Source of the DNA: an uncultured Verrucomicrobiae bacterium
GTDB lineage: Bacteria; Verrucomicrobiota; Verrucomicrobiia; Chthoniobacterales; Chthoniobacteraceae
Direction: 5' to 3'
DNA: 64,000 nucleotides
Assembly: GCA_963828525.1 (NCBI GenBank)
Contig: CAWHEP010000008.1
Span: 256,001 to 320,000 of the forward strand
Shown: positions 62,599 to 64,000 of the stretch, piece after piece
How the letters are laid out: each line of letters starts with the position of its first letter
Position numbering within the stretch: position 1 is the stretch's first letter
Made by a program: the position numbers and the translations under genes
Notes under the pieces: generated by a model
What the model was told of the DNA's origin: nothing
Databases searched by the model: none
The model's input: only the letters and a program-made list of their open reading frames with translations

Positions 62599-64000
62599 AT
62601 GCCACGGGAACTTCACTCACGCTGGGAATGGCGGCTCCGCTCGAGTCCCGATGAATTATGGCCGCTGGTCACCAATACAAACCGGTTTGACTATGACGCG
62701 GGAATGCCCGCCGTCGAGCAGAGCTGGGAGCGCGCGCAGACTGGCGGAGAGCGTATACGCGCTGTCAGGAGCATGTTGGGTGGCATGCCTGTGGAATGGG
62801 AGGAGAAGCCCTTTGAATGGGTGCGGCCTCGTGTGTTCGGAGTCGAGCGCCTCTTTCGCAAGGGGCCGCTGCGCAAGCTGAGGGTTCTTGTCGAACTCAC
62901 ACCCATCCCCACAGGAGGGACCGTCGTCATCTATCAATCCTGGCTATCCCCATCCAGCGTCTTTTTCTCTCTCGTGCTCTCCCTGCAACTGAGGTTCTCC
63001 ATGCCAGGCAAGTTTGCCGCGATCTTCCGAAGGTACGATGAACTGGCCGGCAGCGGACTGCCCATAGTCACCTTTCCCCACTCAGTGGCACTCGCGCCGG
63101 GAGCGCGGAAGCGCATAGAGGCGGCACGCGCCGCCCTCCAAGAAGCAGGAGGTGATATAGCCGACAAACTCATCCACCTCATTGAGACCGCGGACGATAT
63201 GACGTTGTCGCGTTTGCGCCCCTACGCGCTCGCGGATGGCTGGCACTCTCCGCGCAACAACGCTCTCGAACTTTTGTTGAAGGCGACCCGGGCGGGTTTG
63301 CTGAACCTGCAATGGGATCTTCTTTGCCCCTTCTGCCGAGGCGCGCCGCGCAGCGCGGAGACTCTGGCAACAGTCGGCAAGCAGGTGCATTGCGACGGGT
63401 GCAACATCGATTTCGAGGTGAATTTCGAGCGCTCTGTCGAACTTACTTTCAAGCCCAACCCCGCCGTGCGGGAAGTCGTCACGCGCGAATACTGCACGGG
63501 TGGCCCAGGTGTGACTCCCCACATCGTGGCGCAACAGGTTCTGGCTCCGCGGTCTGCGCGCGATCTGACTCTTCCGCTTGAGCCGGGGCGGTACAGGATG
63601 CGGGCGGGGGACTTCCCCGGGGGCCGCTACTTCACCGCCGTTGAAGGGGGCGGAGCCGCAGACTCTTTCCATGTGTCAGCGGAGGGATGGCCACTCGACG
63701 AGCCGCTTGTGTCGCTGAAGCCTGCGCTCCGCGTGATCAATGAAACTGACAGTGAGCAAGTCATCATAATCGAACGGACAGCATGGGGTGATCAGGCCGT
63801 CACAGCGGCGGAAGTCACCGCGTTGCAGGTATTTCGCGACCTTTTCTCCGCCGAAGCCTTGCGCCCGGGCGAGCAGATTTCCGTCGGGAGCCTTGCGGTG
63901 CTCTTCACTGACCTGCGTGATTCAACCGCTCTTTACCGCGAGATTGGCGATGCCCCGGCGTTCGGCCGCGTGATGGCTCATTTCGACGTGCTGCACGACG
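62599..64000 (+). CDS. Class III adenylate/guanylate cyclase with SRPBCC-like and DUF5939-like N-terminal domains (3' end outside window)
   Basis: Read manually: MPRELHSRWEW...LWPLVTNTNRF; WEEKPFEW; CPFCRG/HCDGC; FRDLFSAEALRPGEQISVGSLAVLFTDLRDSTALYREIGDAPAF. Confidence 0.88.
   Translation, partial: MPRELHSRWEWRLRSSPDELWPLVTNTNRFDYDAGMPAVEQSWERAQTGGERIRAVRSMLGGMPVEWEEKPFEWVRPRVFGVERLFRKGPLRKLRVLVELTPIPTGGTVVIYQSWLSPSSVFFSLVLSLQLRFSMPGKFAAIFRRYDELAGSGLPIVTFPHSVALAPGARKRIEAARAALQEAGGDIADKLIHLIETADDMTLSRLRPYALADGWHSPRNNALELLLKATRAGLLNLQWDLLCPFCRGAPRSAETLATVGKQVHCDGCNIDFEVNFERSVELTFKPNPAVREVVTREYCTGGPGVTPHIVAQQVLAPRSARDLTLPLEPGRYRMRAGDFPGGRYFTAVEGGGAADSFHVSAEGWPLDEPLVSLKPALRVINETDSEQVIIIERTAWGDQAVTAAEVTALQVFRDLFSAEALRPGEQISVGSLAVLFTDLRDSTALYREIGDAPAFGRVMAHFDVLHD

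Overview
64-kb GC-rich bacterial chromosomal segment. Gene content and protein style suggest Verrucomicrobiota, probably Chthoniobacterales-like; this is an inference, not a database result. Most of the window is housekeeping and envelope genes: can, gspD/gspE, gluconokinase+SDR, nadB/panC, lgt, pyk, proS, purB, treS-maltokinase, cstA, amidase, GH57, leuCD, two NarL-type two-component pairs, a DUF5939-type cyclase and tRNA-Ile2(CAT). Single-base indels break many genes, including essential proS. They are densest at about 21-29.4 kb and 58.3-58.8 kb and look like long-read consensus errors. An accessory island at about 26.9-34.2 kb holds an MNT-HEPN toxin-antitoxin pair, a Doc/Fic toxin with Gln in place of the catalytic His, a UDG-like protein, several decayed fragments, and an unknown-protein + AAA ATPase + DEDDh-exonuclease module divergent from a metallophosphoesterase. 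Other notable items: a 704-bp internally deleted IS with 23-bp terminal inverted repeats and a 9-bp target duplication upstream of leuC; a small plug-less beta-barrel with a TonB-box-like N-terminus coupled to tonB; a sigma54-type promoter with palindromes driving a 62-aa protein; a probably autoregulated ribbon-helix-helix gene; and repeated leaderless-type TANNNT-N6-8-start layouts.
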